Positions 25,766-40,300 of a DNA stretch of 64,000 bases are shown here, piece by piece (positions within the stretch are counted from its first letter, which is position 1; every line of letters begins with the position of its first letter). Location of the stretch: contig NMRA01000138.1 of the NCBI GenBank assembly GCA_002633005.1, positions 1 through 64,000 on the forward strand. The letters are read 5' to 3'. Source of the stretch: Phoronis australis (lineage: Eukaryota > Animalia > Phoronida). A program made the translations under genes and the position numbers. The notes beneath the pieces were generated by a model. That model searched no databases. It had not been told where the DNA came from and worked only from the letters and a program-made list of their open reading frames with translations.

Positions 25766-27060
25766 TTATGTGCCCACATAATCATATGTGGAAACATATC
25801 GTCATCATTTGTCCGAGTGTCCAGCCTCGGCTACTGCATCTCCACAAGTCCTGAAAGGATCTTCATGTGTTCCTGTGTAGCTGACAACTTTTGAACTGAT
25901 CCGACCACTGCTGTGCTGCCTGAGTTGATTTTAGAATTTAAAGTTTGCCTCGGTATCTTTGAATTTCCTCGATGAGTTTTCAGGAAATTTGGCATAGCTT
26001 TCTAATACATGAAACCTTCTTATTTCTGTGCCACTTGGTGGCTATTCCTAATATTTATAAGTGTTTTTTGGCACTGCTCGTCTATCTGACTAACCACTCA
26101 AAGTATCATCATGAAAATTGGTAGTTGTGTTCCTGCCAACAAGACCACACATGGAGTTAATTTTTAGATCGGTCCAATTACTGTGGTGCCTCTCGTAACA
26201 ATTTTGTTGTGCCCACAGCTGCATTTCTTTCATCCTTGCAGGATTTTTGTGGAATTTGACATTTTTCTATGAATACAACTCGGATGACTATTTCTGTGTG
26301 GATCTGTCAGTGTGGCAAGTTTAGGATGACGCTTTCTCATTTTCGATGGATTATACAAATGGACATTTTTATTGTTCATTGCCAGTCTTTTTTTGTGTCC
26401 ACGCAACTGGATCATTATAAAAATTGTTAAGATGTGTTCCTGCAGACAAAACCGTGGCTGACATTGATTTTGGACTGGTTCGGCTACTGTGCTTTCCCCT
26501 TGTTGCATTTTTGCGTCCGCAGATGTATGCCCTTAACCCCTTGCAAAACCGTAGTAAAATTTGACAAGTATTTTTGTATGAATATGACGACATGTGGACA
26601 GATCTGACTACCACTGTAACCCCTCAGGGCAGTTTGTTTTATATATTCACTCGACATGTATTGTCAGAGTACGTCGACAGAATTTCAAGAAAGTTGTCAA
26701 ATGGGTTTCTATGAAGGAGAGTACATCCATTTTATTTTCCGACAGATTAAACATGTTCTGACTACTGTGGCACCCCCTGGAAGCAATTTTATTTTGCATT
26801 AAGTGTATCTAACTTAACACCGTATATCTTTGTGACATTTGACCAATGTTTCACACGAACATGGCAACTAAAGGCAACTTCTTTTGTGTGGATCGTAGCG
26901 GCACTTTTATTACATTTGCCTCTATATCCACAAAATTTGGCTAATAGATTTCTAAAGAGGGACAAGGTCTTCCCCTGTTTATCATACTAAAATCATCCCT
27001 AACAGCATACCGTTTGCGATGCGTTTGTGGACACATTTCAACGCTTTGCATTGCTGTTGT
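25766..27060 (+). mobile_element. Old, highly diverged HINE copy
   Basis: 5' TTATGTGCCCACATA..TATGTGG, 3' CCGTTTGCG..TGTGGACACATTTCAACGC..GCTGTTGT, with decayed internal units. Confidence 0.65.
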
Positions 27061-27701
27061 AAATGGTTGCATTCAACATGACTGTATACAATTGCCTTGT
27101 AGTAAAAAATTTAGGTTTCATTAGTATGCGAAGTTGCTACGATTAGAAACTGAAGTCCAATAAACTGCAAGATTGTGTGCATACAGTCAGTTCGTATTAC
27201 AATGTGACTGCTTTAGGTTGTTTCCTTATTAATTTGGTTTGAGCAAACCTGATTTCAACTGAGGGTCCTTAACATCCCATTCAATTGTGGAAAGTAGTAG
27301 CGTCGTTCAAAATTTCCAATATTAGTTATTCTTTATTGTAGTAAAATCACTACTAGTAGATCAATGAGATCCAAGTCTTCATACACTCAACATGTGCAAT
27401 TGACGTATGAATAATGAATAATAAGCTTCAATGAGATAAATGCGTTTTCATTAAAATGACTAATCCTGGGTAGACGATATTTCTCCCTCACCCACAGCCC
27501 CAATGTTCTCATTTACAGTGTTCTATTCTCATGAACCCATTTTTCTCAGAAACAGTTTAATTTTTCAATCACAGGAAAATGATACTGATTTACAAAATTA
27601 ACATTTTCCTGTTTTCATTTTTACAGAAATACGCACAGATGTATCCATTAAAGTAGGTAATCTATACAACAAGTATTATACTTGGGACACAACTGCAGCA
27701 T

Positions 27702-27936
27702 CATGGGCGCACCCAGGGGACTCAGATGAGCCCCCCAATTTGGCAGATTGGGCAAAAAGGTTCGCCTCAATGAAACAAAAAGTCCGAGAAAACGAGACAA
27801 AAGTCCACAGGAATTCGGCACACAACACGTAGGCCTGAACCTAGTGCCACTGTTTTTTTAGTCACTTGAATTTTTTTCACTAGAAGGTCCGCATAATTCA
27901 AGCCCCCCCCTATATTTTAGGCTGGGTGCGCTCGTG
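27702..27936. mobile_element. MITE with ~15-bp TIRs
   Basis: CATGGGCGCACCCAG ... CTGGGTGCGCTCGTG. Confidence 0.6.
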
Positions 27937-28203
27937 CAAAATAATGCTCATCCAGGACAATTGTTCAGCTTTGGAGAGAGATGCCTATGACTTCTGAAAT
28001 AGAAGTTTCCTCTCAAGAAGGGAAAACTCCTCATAAGCATGAAAGGTGGTCTTTTACAGTAGATCGCACTGCACAGCTATTTCCAGCTGGCCTCAAATAC
28101 AAAGACAAACACAAAGCACAGGGTAATGTTTGGTTTTCTAAAAATCCAATGATTGCATGGGAGATCTTAAACTTAATAAGTACATGCCCTATAAAATATG
28201 ACA

Positions 28204-28209
28204 TTTATT
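28204..28209 (-). promoter_or_regulatory. Candidate polyadenylation signal of SART1
   Basis: AATAAA on the minus strand ~105 nt downstream of the stop codon. Confidence 0.4.
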
Positions 28210-28312
28210 TCTCGTTATTATTCATGACCTCAATAAAAACGGAGTGTAGTGTATTTACACAACAGATAGCGCTACATCAAGGGGTATGTATGGCTTGGTG
28301 TGGAAACGACTC

Positions 28313-31300
28313 TTACTTGACAACAGGAGTTCTGAAAAAGTAAAAAAATATATGAATAAAAGGTAAGACGCTTCATTCAAAAAGCAGCACCAGTTTTATC
28401 CTGTGTGAAATGACTAATAACAACCACAATGACATCTCATCTTTGAACACTCGAAATTTTCAAGTAATGAGAGGCAAATTAGAACTAGACCTCAATATAG
28501 ATACAAGGTAGGTGTCTTGTCACCTCCACTCAGTACAATGTATACAGATCTCAGTAAAAAAATACTAGAGAAGTGTCGTACCATCCCCACTTAGTACAGT
28601 GTAACAGTAAATGTAGATCACAATATACATACGAGGTGAGTGTATTGTCACATGACTCAGTACAAAATATACGGCTGAGATATGTAGATCTCCATATACA
28701 TACGAGGTAAGTGTCTTGCCACCCCCACTCAGTACAATGTATGGTGTCTTCTCCTTGGACTGTTTCTGCTGCAGCAGGGCCACAGTGTTGAGAGGCGTAT
28801 CTGTGGAGCTCATCTGGAGCATCAGCTGGAGAGGAAAGCAGCATAGATTAGGTTTGGGAAGTTCATGTAACACTTACGAAAGAGCCTAGCTCCCTCTAGT
28901 GATGGTTTTGTTAATGGTGGACCATATAAACCCAGCTTTCAAAAATACTTATGGATTTAGGCCAGGCATGGTTATGAAACTGGTCCTGATTTGTTCCTTA
29001 CTCGGAGTAAACATGATTTTTGGGCTAGGAAAATGGGACCAGGCTGGATAAGCATGTTATTGCACGAGACCAGACTAGATAAGTTTGTTATCGCATGGGA
29101 CCAGGCTGGATAGTTTATGTGACCTAGCAGGTGCAATGAAAATGGATTCAAGCAGTAATTCTAATCGAAGTAACAAATAAACTGAGACCAGTTTTCTAAC
29201 CATAACAGCCTGAATCAAATCTAAATTTTGACCATCAGAAGTCATGGATTTATAGTAGCTTTAAAATAACATCATGTTTATGAATGAACTCGTCAAAAAT
29301 CAAAGTTGAAGAATGCACTGAATCTTTAATTCTTACTCTGGAACTTGGAACATTTTCACAAAATTTAAACACACAGGAATTTTGATGTGCAAAAACCAAG
29401 CAATAACACTCCACACACCATAAATACAACCTTAATCAAATATGAATGAATAAACAATTGCAGCTTGCAGGTAACAAAGCAATTTCAAAGTTGTCTGAAT
29501 TGCTGAATTATAAACACTTAAAATGAACAATAATCATGAAAATATCACTGACATAACCATGAGTTCAAAAGAGTAGGTTCGTAATGTCATTTCCCTGACA
29601 AGTGACAACTTCATTCATAAATTTTTCGTAAAGGTGATCAAGCACATATAGGACACACATATGAATGGTAAAAAAGCAATGACAACACTTTTGACTGTCA
29701 CATTTTCATTTTGTACGGCATATACCAAAAGTCAGGGGTTTCATGTACACTTAGTGCATCATCAGTAAGTAGAACAGCAACCAATTGATTTGGTTGGTTA
29801 AACAGAACACACTGAAAACTCACGTTTTCTTCCTCAACCTTTTTCGATCGTTTCTCCGTTTTCTTCTTGCCAGATCCCTTGCCATGAAATCTGTGTGACA
29901 ACTGCCGGAATGCCTCCTTCTGGTTCAACTTACGGCCCGAGTCATCGATGTAAGTTAGTTCAACGTTAGGTTTGTAACCGTCTTTTTCTTTAAAGTCCTG
30001 AGTGATTCCTCCCGGAAAACGGTCCCGCTTTTTGAACTTCTCATCAAGATCACTGAAAACAAAGCATTATAATATTATATTCCTTGATGTGGCAATCCAC
30101 TACTCATAGCTTAACTTTACCAAGCTTGGTCAAGCTTCATTGTAGGTCACCTTAATTTTGATATTTGAAAATCTTTACTCCCGTATAACCATTCAGCAGA
30201 GTACGCTTAAGAAACACTGTTGATGACACACAGATAAAAATCTTGACTAGGTTTGTTGGGCCAGTTACCTATTTCAACATTGAATTGCAAGCTTTGGAAA
30301 ACCTTTCCTGTTGGTAACCATTACTGTGCAATAAGACTGCTGGTCAGTAATACAGTTCAAACTTTTAATCTTTAAGGAATTCCATCATCAAGTAACCAAC
30401 AGGAGATGAAATAAACATATCCCATGACCTGTTAATGTGTAACAATGTAGTTCGCACAATACACCTAAATGCAGTAAAATAAAGATGTCTGTCACTCTGC
30501 TAGTGAGGTTATGCAAGCTTAGTTTGGAACCTTGAATAAGGTAAGCCCAAAAGGTTTCGCCATGCTTCAATGAGTTATGAACTTTTTAAGCTTTGGTTAA
30601 CCTTCCCAATAAGCTTGAAGAATTTTGTGTTGTAAATATGTTTAACTGTGAGTATATCAACCCAATAATACTTCTACACAACATACATAACAGGAGATTG
30701 AGTTGTGTTCATTTGATAGGTATGATTGTAACATGCAGTCAAAAGTCTCAACTGCTTAGAATAAGGGTGGGTGTTTAAGTTAGAATAGGAGTTTAATACG
30801 ACTTGGATGAGTACCATATGCTAAACCAAGCAACAACTTGCTTCACAGAAACACATACTTGTAATTTTTATCCTCTATGGAGAACCTCTGTGCCAGGATG
30901 TCGCTGTTCTTGGTGATGAAGGCTGCCCCTTTCACTTTCTCTGCCTCCACCAAGTAACCTTTGGTGTTTGCCAGCGACAGGGCTGCGCCTATACCAGTGT
31001 TCAGCACTATCTCATCATCAAGAATAGCCTGGTCTTCATCCTTTTTGAGACCAACAACACGTGTCATAATGGAAGCGAAAACCAGAGCTTGATCGAAAAT
31101 TTATTGACCATTCTCTAATGACTGGAAACTTACAACATAATCAATACACTTGTGTTTTTTTTTTTGTTAGACAGTACATGAATTTGATAAGTATTCTGAG
31201 CTGATGGCAGGCACAATGCAAAATTGGGAGCCATGGCAACCAAGTTAATAACATTTCATAAACTGGTAGTTAAATAATAGATTTTTGTATATCTTTCCAC

Positions 31301-34300
31301 ATATGGAGAGCTACATAATTTTACAAGGACAACAAAACAATGAGGCAAGTTTTCACTAGCACACTAGTTTTTTAACATATGCTTCCGTCTCAATTACTAT
31401 ATCCAGGGTTTGATATTTCAAGCAACCTGTCTACACAAAGAATTAACTGAGCACATGCCCTTGCTGTGTATTGCTGTCTACCCATGCTCCCCATTTCCTG
31501 TCCGTCTGCTCCACTTACTTTGATATTGACTGGACGATCGTCTATGTCCACTTGCTCCCAACCACTACCTTGCTGTTCCTCTTCAGCCTTCTTGCGCCTC
31601 TCCGCCATCAGTTCCATTTCAAAATCCTGAGGAAACATGAAAACCATTGAAGACATGAGATCAAATTAACCAGCTTTCTTCAGGGTGAAACATAAAATTG
31701 TAGATAGCATGCCCTAGCATGTAGAACACAGTCACTCAAAATCTGCACTCCACTACATTGAGCTGCATTGCCTGATTGGAATACTGATAGATCCACTGTC
31801 ATATTTTACAGTGTTTTTTGTCTGTTTCGCCTATTTGGACTTCCTAACTAGATGTGGTATCAATAGACTTTCTTGACTATTTTGTCCTTATAATCATTTA
31901 ATTGGGTTCAGTTTAACAAAGACAACAGCCACTGAATAACTAATAAACAAAACATGCTCTAAATCAACAGGGTGAACTTACTAAAAGTTCATCACGGTCC
32001 TCCTCTCTGTTACCAGCTAACCCATAGGTGGGTATGTCTCCCAGAGTACGGCAGAACTCTGACAATGTATTCAACATTATACTGCCATCATCCTTGTTAC
32101 TGGCGACCTCTGAAGTTTGAGAGTCTTTGGTGGCTACGACTTGGGAAGCAATCTGAATGTAACAACAGTGTACATCACCACTATGACAAAGCAGAGATGC
32201 TCTTAGGTAGTCAAACAAGTTACCAAGAGAAACGCTCTTCAGCTACAAGCCATCAGCACAAAGCACATTCAGTGAACTTTTAGTAATGAGGTTATGGCAC
32301 ACATCTACAGAATGCCCACAATAAAAGCTGAGAACAAGCATGCACACAGTTTCTGCTTTCCTCATAACTCATGTTTTTCAACATATTTCTTACTAACATG
32401 TCTCCAACCTTTTAATCGGCCTTTTCCAATTTAATTGACAGCTGTATTGTTATCGGTGCATACAATGACAACCTACAAATTGACAGCTCTGCTGCTATCA
32501 CTGCATACAATGATAGCTTACAAATTCCAATTCATTGCATCAAGTCAGAAAACACATCTTTCAAAATAAGGGTAAACTGACACCAATTTTAAGCATTGAA
32601 GATGTATAAAATATTGACATGGTTGAAAATTCTCAACGATGAAAGAATTAGAAGTTTAAAAAACGTATGTAGTCTTGTGGAAACTGATGCCTTACCTTGG
32701 CGGGGTCAACAAACTCCCTCTTCATCTTAAGTTTGCGTGTTTTCTCCAGCGCCCTCTGTAGTTCCTGTTGAGCTTCATCCTCCTCTATGATCACACGACT
32801 CAAGTCCTCCTCATCATCAACCATGTCTGTCAGACAACAACACATCAATTAGAAATAAGTGTTGCGACAAACAAACAAAAACCAAAACTCCAAAAGTTAA
32901 TATCCAACCCATCCTAGTAATCTCAGTTCAACCTGAAATGCCACCAGCCATATGCCAAAGACTTTGAATAGACATGATATAACACAACTTGACACAATTG
33001 GAGACTTCTCTTTTAAGAAGCACTCGTCTTATATCTTGCCCATACCTGATATTACCTGAATATACTAATAGCCTGTGCTCTTCCTACAACACAAACAACG
33101 CATGTTGTGGAGTACATGAACACAATATGATGCATTTTACAAACAAATACTAAATGATCATCAGTGACTGGATATCATTGCTTTCTGTAAGTCTACCATA
33201 GACATGTCCAAAGCACACTCAAGTCTGCTCTAATAAATCCCCATCATCCTTCCCTTGTACTCCTTACCCACATCCATCTCCTGTTTCGTATCCCACCCTT
33301 GGGTTGACTTCAAGAGGTCAGAGCTGAATGCAGCTGACCACTCAGATGGACCATCGTTAGCAGGCTTCTCTATCTTCACCCTAGGGCAACACAAAGATTT
33401 TTTTAATTTACATGTTTTAGAGAAATGTCCGATTGTAGCACAACCAGCTTCAGCCAACACATAGACGAGAACACATAAATTAGGAATTATGCACAATTCA
33501 GAGTATAGAGACTACTTAGTCAAGATGAGGCGGAGTTCCTTAATGTAATAACTGATTATCCGCTTTTATATTAACACAAGTTTGACGGTGCTAAATTTCT
33601 GAACAACACTGATTCACCAAGTAAAACCTATCAACATAGGTTTATAGTAAAATGGCTTTTCTGGTGACAAGTAGGAAGCAAGTGTCAAAATTCATCACCC
33701 TTGCAACTGCCATACCCATCACCCTTGCAACTGTCATACACATCTCCACAACCATCATTGTCATTATATAACTGTCACCAAAGCCATTGGCTATTAACAC
33801 TATGGCCACATTATACCTGGTCCCCAAGTCTTTCGTTGACTCTTCATCTTCCAGAGGCAACAGGTCATCAGCTTTCAACACAGCGGCCTTCTTACGGATT
33901 TTCCTCACTTTCTTCTTAACTTTTTTGAATTTTTCCTGAAACATTGTGTTCACGAAATTCACAAAAGGACGAAGGGACAGCTCAAAATTTTTCTTTCATT
34001 CACAAAATACTACAAGTATTTAGTAGCTGTTATTTCATAATGTCAACAAGGAATTTCTCTTAGCAAAACAACTGTGGTCTCAGACTAAATGCAATAGCAA
34101 ACATATCGCTTCTAAAAGATCAATTGCACCTATATCTTTAGTTTGCACATTGTGACAAATGATGGCAAGTATGTAGATTCAGATAACAGGCTACCCATAA
34201 CCGAATTTCTTAAAAAAATTTTAATTACTAATAGAAGACATAAAAGTATAATTATATTTCAAGAAATTCAATCCTTGGTAACAAAGGTAGCCTAATACCT

Positions 34301-37300
34301 TGATGTTAATCTTTATTAACTACGTCAACATGCCAGTTCACAACAGTCATATACCACAACTTAAGTTTTAACTACAAAATCAAGAACTGAACAACTCCAC
34401 TAAAATGTCATAGTTACCATTTCTGCCACTGTGTAAAATTCACTCATGACTTGAGGGGCGGCTGTTTCTAGATTTTGCTGAAAATGGTAACACATATTTA
34501 TTGGTAAAAAAAATTCTCAACATCAACATAGCTATCATAACAAAACCACAAAACAACTGTGGTCTAAAGCCTTTATATTCTGCTTGATAATGAATGAAAG
34601 ACCCAAAAGTTAATTTTAAACATCAGAATACAAGCAGAGGAAGACATGACAGTGCACGGTTTTCAATTAGCAAGTTTACTTCTCTGTCCCTAACACACAT
34701 CATGGCAATGTAGAACACATGGACGGATTGCACAAAACTTATCTACTGGAATCGCAGTGAGACATTATTATAAAGTATCCAGAGGGCAGTTTGAGGAAAA
34801 CATGTCCTGATCTCTAGCAGGCACAAAGCTATCAAAATGACACAACTACATCAAGTCATTGTGATAATTATCCGATTGCAAACTGCATGTCGTTCCAGCA
34901 TTACATAACAGGAACACTTACCCTCTGACTGTGCAGTTGTGTCCTGATCATGTTCATGTTGCGTTCATGCTCGGCATTATACTTGCCCCCAGCCCCTGTA
35001 ATAATGTGAAATGCCAACACCAGTCACAATTAATACTTTCTACTAATTTTTTACTTCATTATAAAACATGGAAACCAACTAATGAATCAAACTTCAAGGC
35101 ATTTTTGACCACATGAAAATCTGATCTCCATTGTAGAATTTTCTGCCTAAAAATACATCCTACTATTGAACGTACAGATACAACTGGGTTCTGTATGTGT
35201 GGTTGAACGTACAGATACAACTGGGTTCTGTATGTGTGGTTGAACGTACAGATACAACTGGGTTCTGTATGTGTGGTTTTTGTGACACTGCTTACAAGCT
35301 CATAACTATCTGCTTATCATAAGGTGGAAGTACCTGACAAGTCCCATAACTATCTGCTTATCATAAGGTGGAAGTACCTGACAAGTCCCAAGTAAACACA
35401 ACTGGTCAGATATTCAGTTACACGAAAAATACATGCTCACCAATAAGGGACAAACATAATTAGAAAAACCTTTTTTCATTTTTCAGAGTCTTAATGTTGC
35501 TGCAATTCTCACAATTTCTTTACAATACATTATAGTCTGCTGGTAGCTGTGGTACATAACTTGAACATAGTAAAGCATAATGTTATGTAAAACCTTATTC
35601 ACAAGGCTTCATATTAAGCCATATATCTACAAAACTATAAAATTTTAACTCTACAAACATTTATATTTTCTGAAAGTAGAAAGCCTGTATAATTTGATTT
35701 TTGACATTTTACCAATCTATTATTATGTTTTAAGTAAAAATCAGCAAAAGAAGAAAGGAACGTTGACAGCAAAACAGTATCAACATTATTGATCAAATTT
35801 TTTTTGATACAAATGAACAAAATGACGTCTCAACCAAGCTACTGCAGCTTCGTACGAAGTCTTTTCCTTTTCGCTTTATGACATCATGAATGTTCCATTC
35901 TATAATAGCCCCTCACGCAAAAGTGGAACATTTTAAAAACATTTCCTCACGTTTTGGAGGGCAATGCATAGAACATTGTATCTGAAAGTTTCCAATCAGC
36001 CGTTTCTGAGCTGTGTTCTGAAGTTTGCCGAATTTGGACATACTTCTAGGCTCCAACAAATTGCTTCACAAAAATCAGAAAAAAAATTATTTGTTAGCCA
36101 TAATGTGCCCCAAATTTTTACATGTAACAGTGTCAATGCCTGAATAACAGTGTCAACGATGAAAGCTGTGACTGTTACCTAATGTAAAGGTTTCCTTCTT
36201 TGCACCATCAATCTCTTCATCATATTTATCTAAAACGTTCTTGGGCTTCATCTGAAATAAAACAAACAAGACATTATTAGCCAAGATTTTGAAAAATATA
36301 TTTTCTATTCTGGGAATTGTGTCCAGAAAGACAATGACAAAAATGCTGTTACAAGAAATGCATATAGTATAGAAGATGTATGGAGAGAACAACACAAGAA
36401 TTATGAGCAGTTCATAATATTGAGAAACTGATCATCATTCAAGCAACTTTTTAAAAATTTTCCCATTTTTTAAATTCTGGCTGCCCCATCGAACCCATTC
36501 AAATTCAACTTCTGGTCGTCCAAAAGACGGACGCTGTACAAACCCCTGGTTCCACAGCAAACTTTAGTGCACCACCTCACAAACAAGTTCCAATTGATAA
36601 TCAAAAGTGTAGTGGTGTTCATGAAACGATATTCTTTATTTAAAGACCATTGCCTCAATCTAGTCCACCAAACCAAGACCAAAATCACTTGTGATCCAAA
36701 CCACTACATCCCCCCTTCCTCTCACCATTCCAAACTCATCGTAGTCTGCCTCATCATATGGCTTGTAATCTGGCTTCTTTTTCTTATTCTCAATGTTTTT
36801 CTTCGACCTCTCATCGTCAATCATGTTGACATTCATCAACTCATCACCATCCTCGTCCAAAATGCCTGAAATGTCAAGTTTTTAATTAGTCAGCTTCCTA
36901 AAAACCCCTCATTAATTTATATGAAGTCTACCAATTCACCACAAAAGAACAACTGGATGAGTCCAAATTTCAATTTACATTACTGAGAATTTATGATGGG
37001 AAGCCCCAGGGCATATAACTGGAATACATTATTCAACTTTTTGTAACCCAAACAGAAAGCCCTGGCATCCTCTGATAAAGGAAAGTCATGATGGCTTATT
37101 GCCTAGCAGCAGACGATTGTCTAGCAGCAGACGTATTCTTAAAAAAGGGCATAATGATTAAAAACCAGCACCCAACATAATTTAAAGACTGTCTGTAGTG
37201 TTAATAAAGCCTTGTTTTTGTTCAATACTACTCACACTGTTCATTTTGAGCAACCTTACAAACCGTGGCTCCAAAGAAGGGTTATGAGCCTATATTCAGA

Positions 37301-40300
37301 AAATTTTACTAAACTGCATACATTTGAGGGGACTGTCTGCTGAAATACCCAATACCATGAAGCACTCAATTACCATTACAATCTTGCCAGTGGTCTTGTG
37401 GTGGAAAGCCTGCATGCATTTCCATTGTAAAACCTTGAAAAACAAACACAGAAGAAACAATGCAAAACAAATAAGTTACCTTTATCAGCCAGTGTTAAGA
37501 TGACTGTTCGTCCTTCTTTAAATGAGTCCTGATCATGTTGAACTGTGAGCCCTCGTAGGTCTTTGGATGAGTAAGTCTGAAATAGATAGGCAACAGTTAG
37601 GCTGGTATATCAAGTGTTGACCACTAGATCTTTACAAATTACAAAACATCACTCAGCTGTGATCAGTAGTGTACTTTATGTAACACCTTTAGTAACAGGG
37701 CTGTATACAGGTTTCATAACGTAACATGAGAATCTGAACCAAAATCAAACACAAATACTGAGTAAACTAATTGCAAGTCTGTTATTAGTTTCAATGATGA
37801 AAATGATAATGTGTCAGAGTTGGTTCTGATACTGTCTGCTGCCAGCGTACCTCAAGATCATACTATGCATTAGAAAACAACTTTGAATGTCCAACAAAGA
37901 GTTCCTTACCGTTCCTTTACGATCCTCAGCAAATTCTTCATCCACCAAACTTCCAATACCAAACTCTTCATCCATCTGGTCTAGCAACTTTGCCTGGACA
38001 TAAGGAAGGTGAAACAGTTGGTGCAAGACATTCTGTGTGAGTTTTAAAACCCACAATAAAGAGTGAACTAAAGTATGCTCACATTCCCCAAAACACAAGA
38101 ACAACATAAAATTTCTAATTACAATTTTCTGCTTTCGTAGGAAACAAGTTTGTAATTAGAATAGCTTTATGTGATCAGCTGCAATTTTGAAGTCTGAAGA
38201 CAGGGAAAGCAAGAATTTACTACGTGAACCAATTATCAAAGTAGTCATTCTCGATTCCATTTCTATGTGTTTCTTGAAAGGTTTGTGATATCTACACATA
38301 ACTTGTTATATTTTAAGAAGAAACTGTCAATAGTACAATTTGTGAAAGTCATGGAAGCACAACCAGTCTGCTAATAGAATGCGCTAGCTACTAGTAACTA
38401 CTTCTTTCGTCAACAGGGTGCACTGAAAATTCATCTTACAAATTCCCATGTCATAATTTAAGAACCCAACTAAGCACTGATCATTTCTCTCTTCTTTATC
38501 ATTCTCTTCACCCATGTCAACCAGTCAGGCTACCCATTGTTCAGTACCAACATCCTCTCTCTCACTCGCATGTTCTTATAGTTCACCCATCTGTAAACAG
38601 AGTGTGTTACCTACAATCTGTTCAACCATTTTCCCCCAAATTCTTTATCAAAGCCAATTAGTCATGCTCTCCCTCATTCTCATCATCCTGTAACTCACCC
38701 ATCTGCCAACAGAGGGTGCTAACCGTCGTATGCATAGCACTTTTAATCTCCATTCTCCACAGTCTCTAAACCCAGGCAAATAATTCATCATCTACCTCAC
38801 TTTCACAACTTATCAATCAACCAATGGAGTGAGCTCAGTCATTTTCTTCTCCCTTTCCTTCATAGTTTCTTCACCCAGGCGAGTGAATCAAGCTCTTCTC
38901 ACTTTTACAACTAATCAATCTGCCAATAGAGTGCGCTACCTACCCTCTATCAGGGCTTGTAATGACAAGAGAGAGGAATTTTTTTCTAGGTATCATTCTA
39001 CAAACAAATAGGCTTGTGATATACAAATATTTATTGTGTTGTAAAATATAACAGCAAGAAAAGTTTTTAATGGATCAAGTCAAAATAATGATATGAAAGA
39101 GACACAAAAAAGGTAATTTGAAATTGAAACCAAAAGAAAAAACCTCTTAAAAGAGGAAGATTAAGAACTGCTCTGCACTGCCTTTTTATCTTTCTCCTTC
39201 AATCTCACTTTATCCAGCCGACCAGTATTTCATCCACTCCCTCACTCTCATAACTCATCCGTACGTTAATAGAGTGCGCTAATTACCCTATGTTGTGCAT
39301 TTTTCTTCTTTTTCACCTTCTTCTTCACTTTCTTCAACCATGCTAATGTCTCACCCCCACTCTCATAACTCATCCATCTGCCAACAGAGTGTGCTACCAA
39401 CCCTCTTTCCTACCTTTTTCTTCTCTTTCTCCTACTTCCCCAGGTTCTTCACCCATGCTATTGTTTCATCCTTCCCTACACTCTCATAACTCACCTATCT
39501 GCCAACAGAGTGTGCTACTTACCCTCTGTTCTGCCTTCTTCTTTTCTTTCTCCTTCTTCCTCAGTTTCTTCACCCAGGCCAGTGTGTCATCCTCCCCCTC
39601 ACTCTCACTGTCTGCCAGAGTTTTCACTTTACTGTCAACACATAATAAGTAAACATAAGGTTAAGTGATAAAAGGAATTTAAACCAGTTGGTTTTCATAC
39701 TGTTTCAACACATTTGTTCCACCTTACAGACTTTCACGTTCTGACATACACTTGGATTTTTACACTTTTTGTTTGCAGTAAAGATCAGTAGCTGCCCTGT
39801 GCATTGGTGTAGTACAGTGTTATCCCCACATGAGCTGCACACTGGTACTCAAACAGAGGTAAATATTGCTGTTGATCAAGAATATGTAGGTAGAATACCG
39901 ACAACAAAACAACCAATTTCCAGGAACTTGGGCACAAACACAGCCTTACTTTCGTACATATTTATTACAATGCACACATCAATAAAAATATCTTTGAAAT
40001 ATTGAGACTGGGTCACAGAGACTCATCTAGGATTTGAAAAGTAGCATTAGGCAGGGATTCAACTTTTGGATATAAACTCTCAAGAAACAGGTCCCAGAAA
40101 ATTTTCAGTGGTAAAACAACATATGCAACAGTGTTGATTCACACATTATTATTTTTCAGATGCAATCTCGTGTTGCAGCACCCACAGCAGTAACTGCCAG
40201 TCTGCCTGACAACCCTCCAGACAGCAGAGAGCAAGTACATAACTCATGAAGAAAAGAGCAACATAAGAAGAAAGGCACAAGAATGAAAACACTGTCTAAC

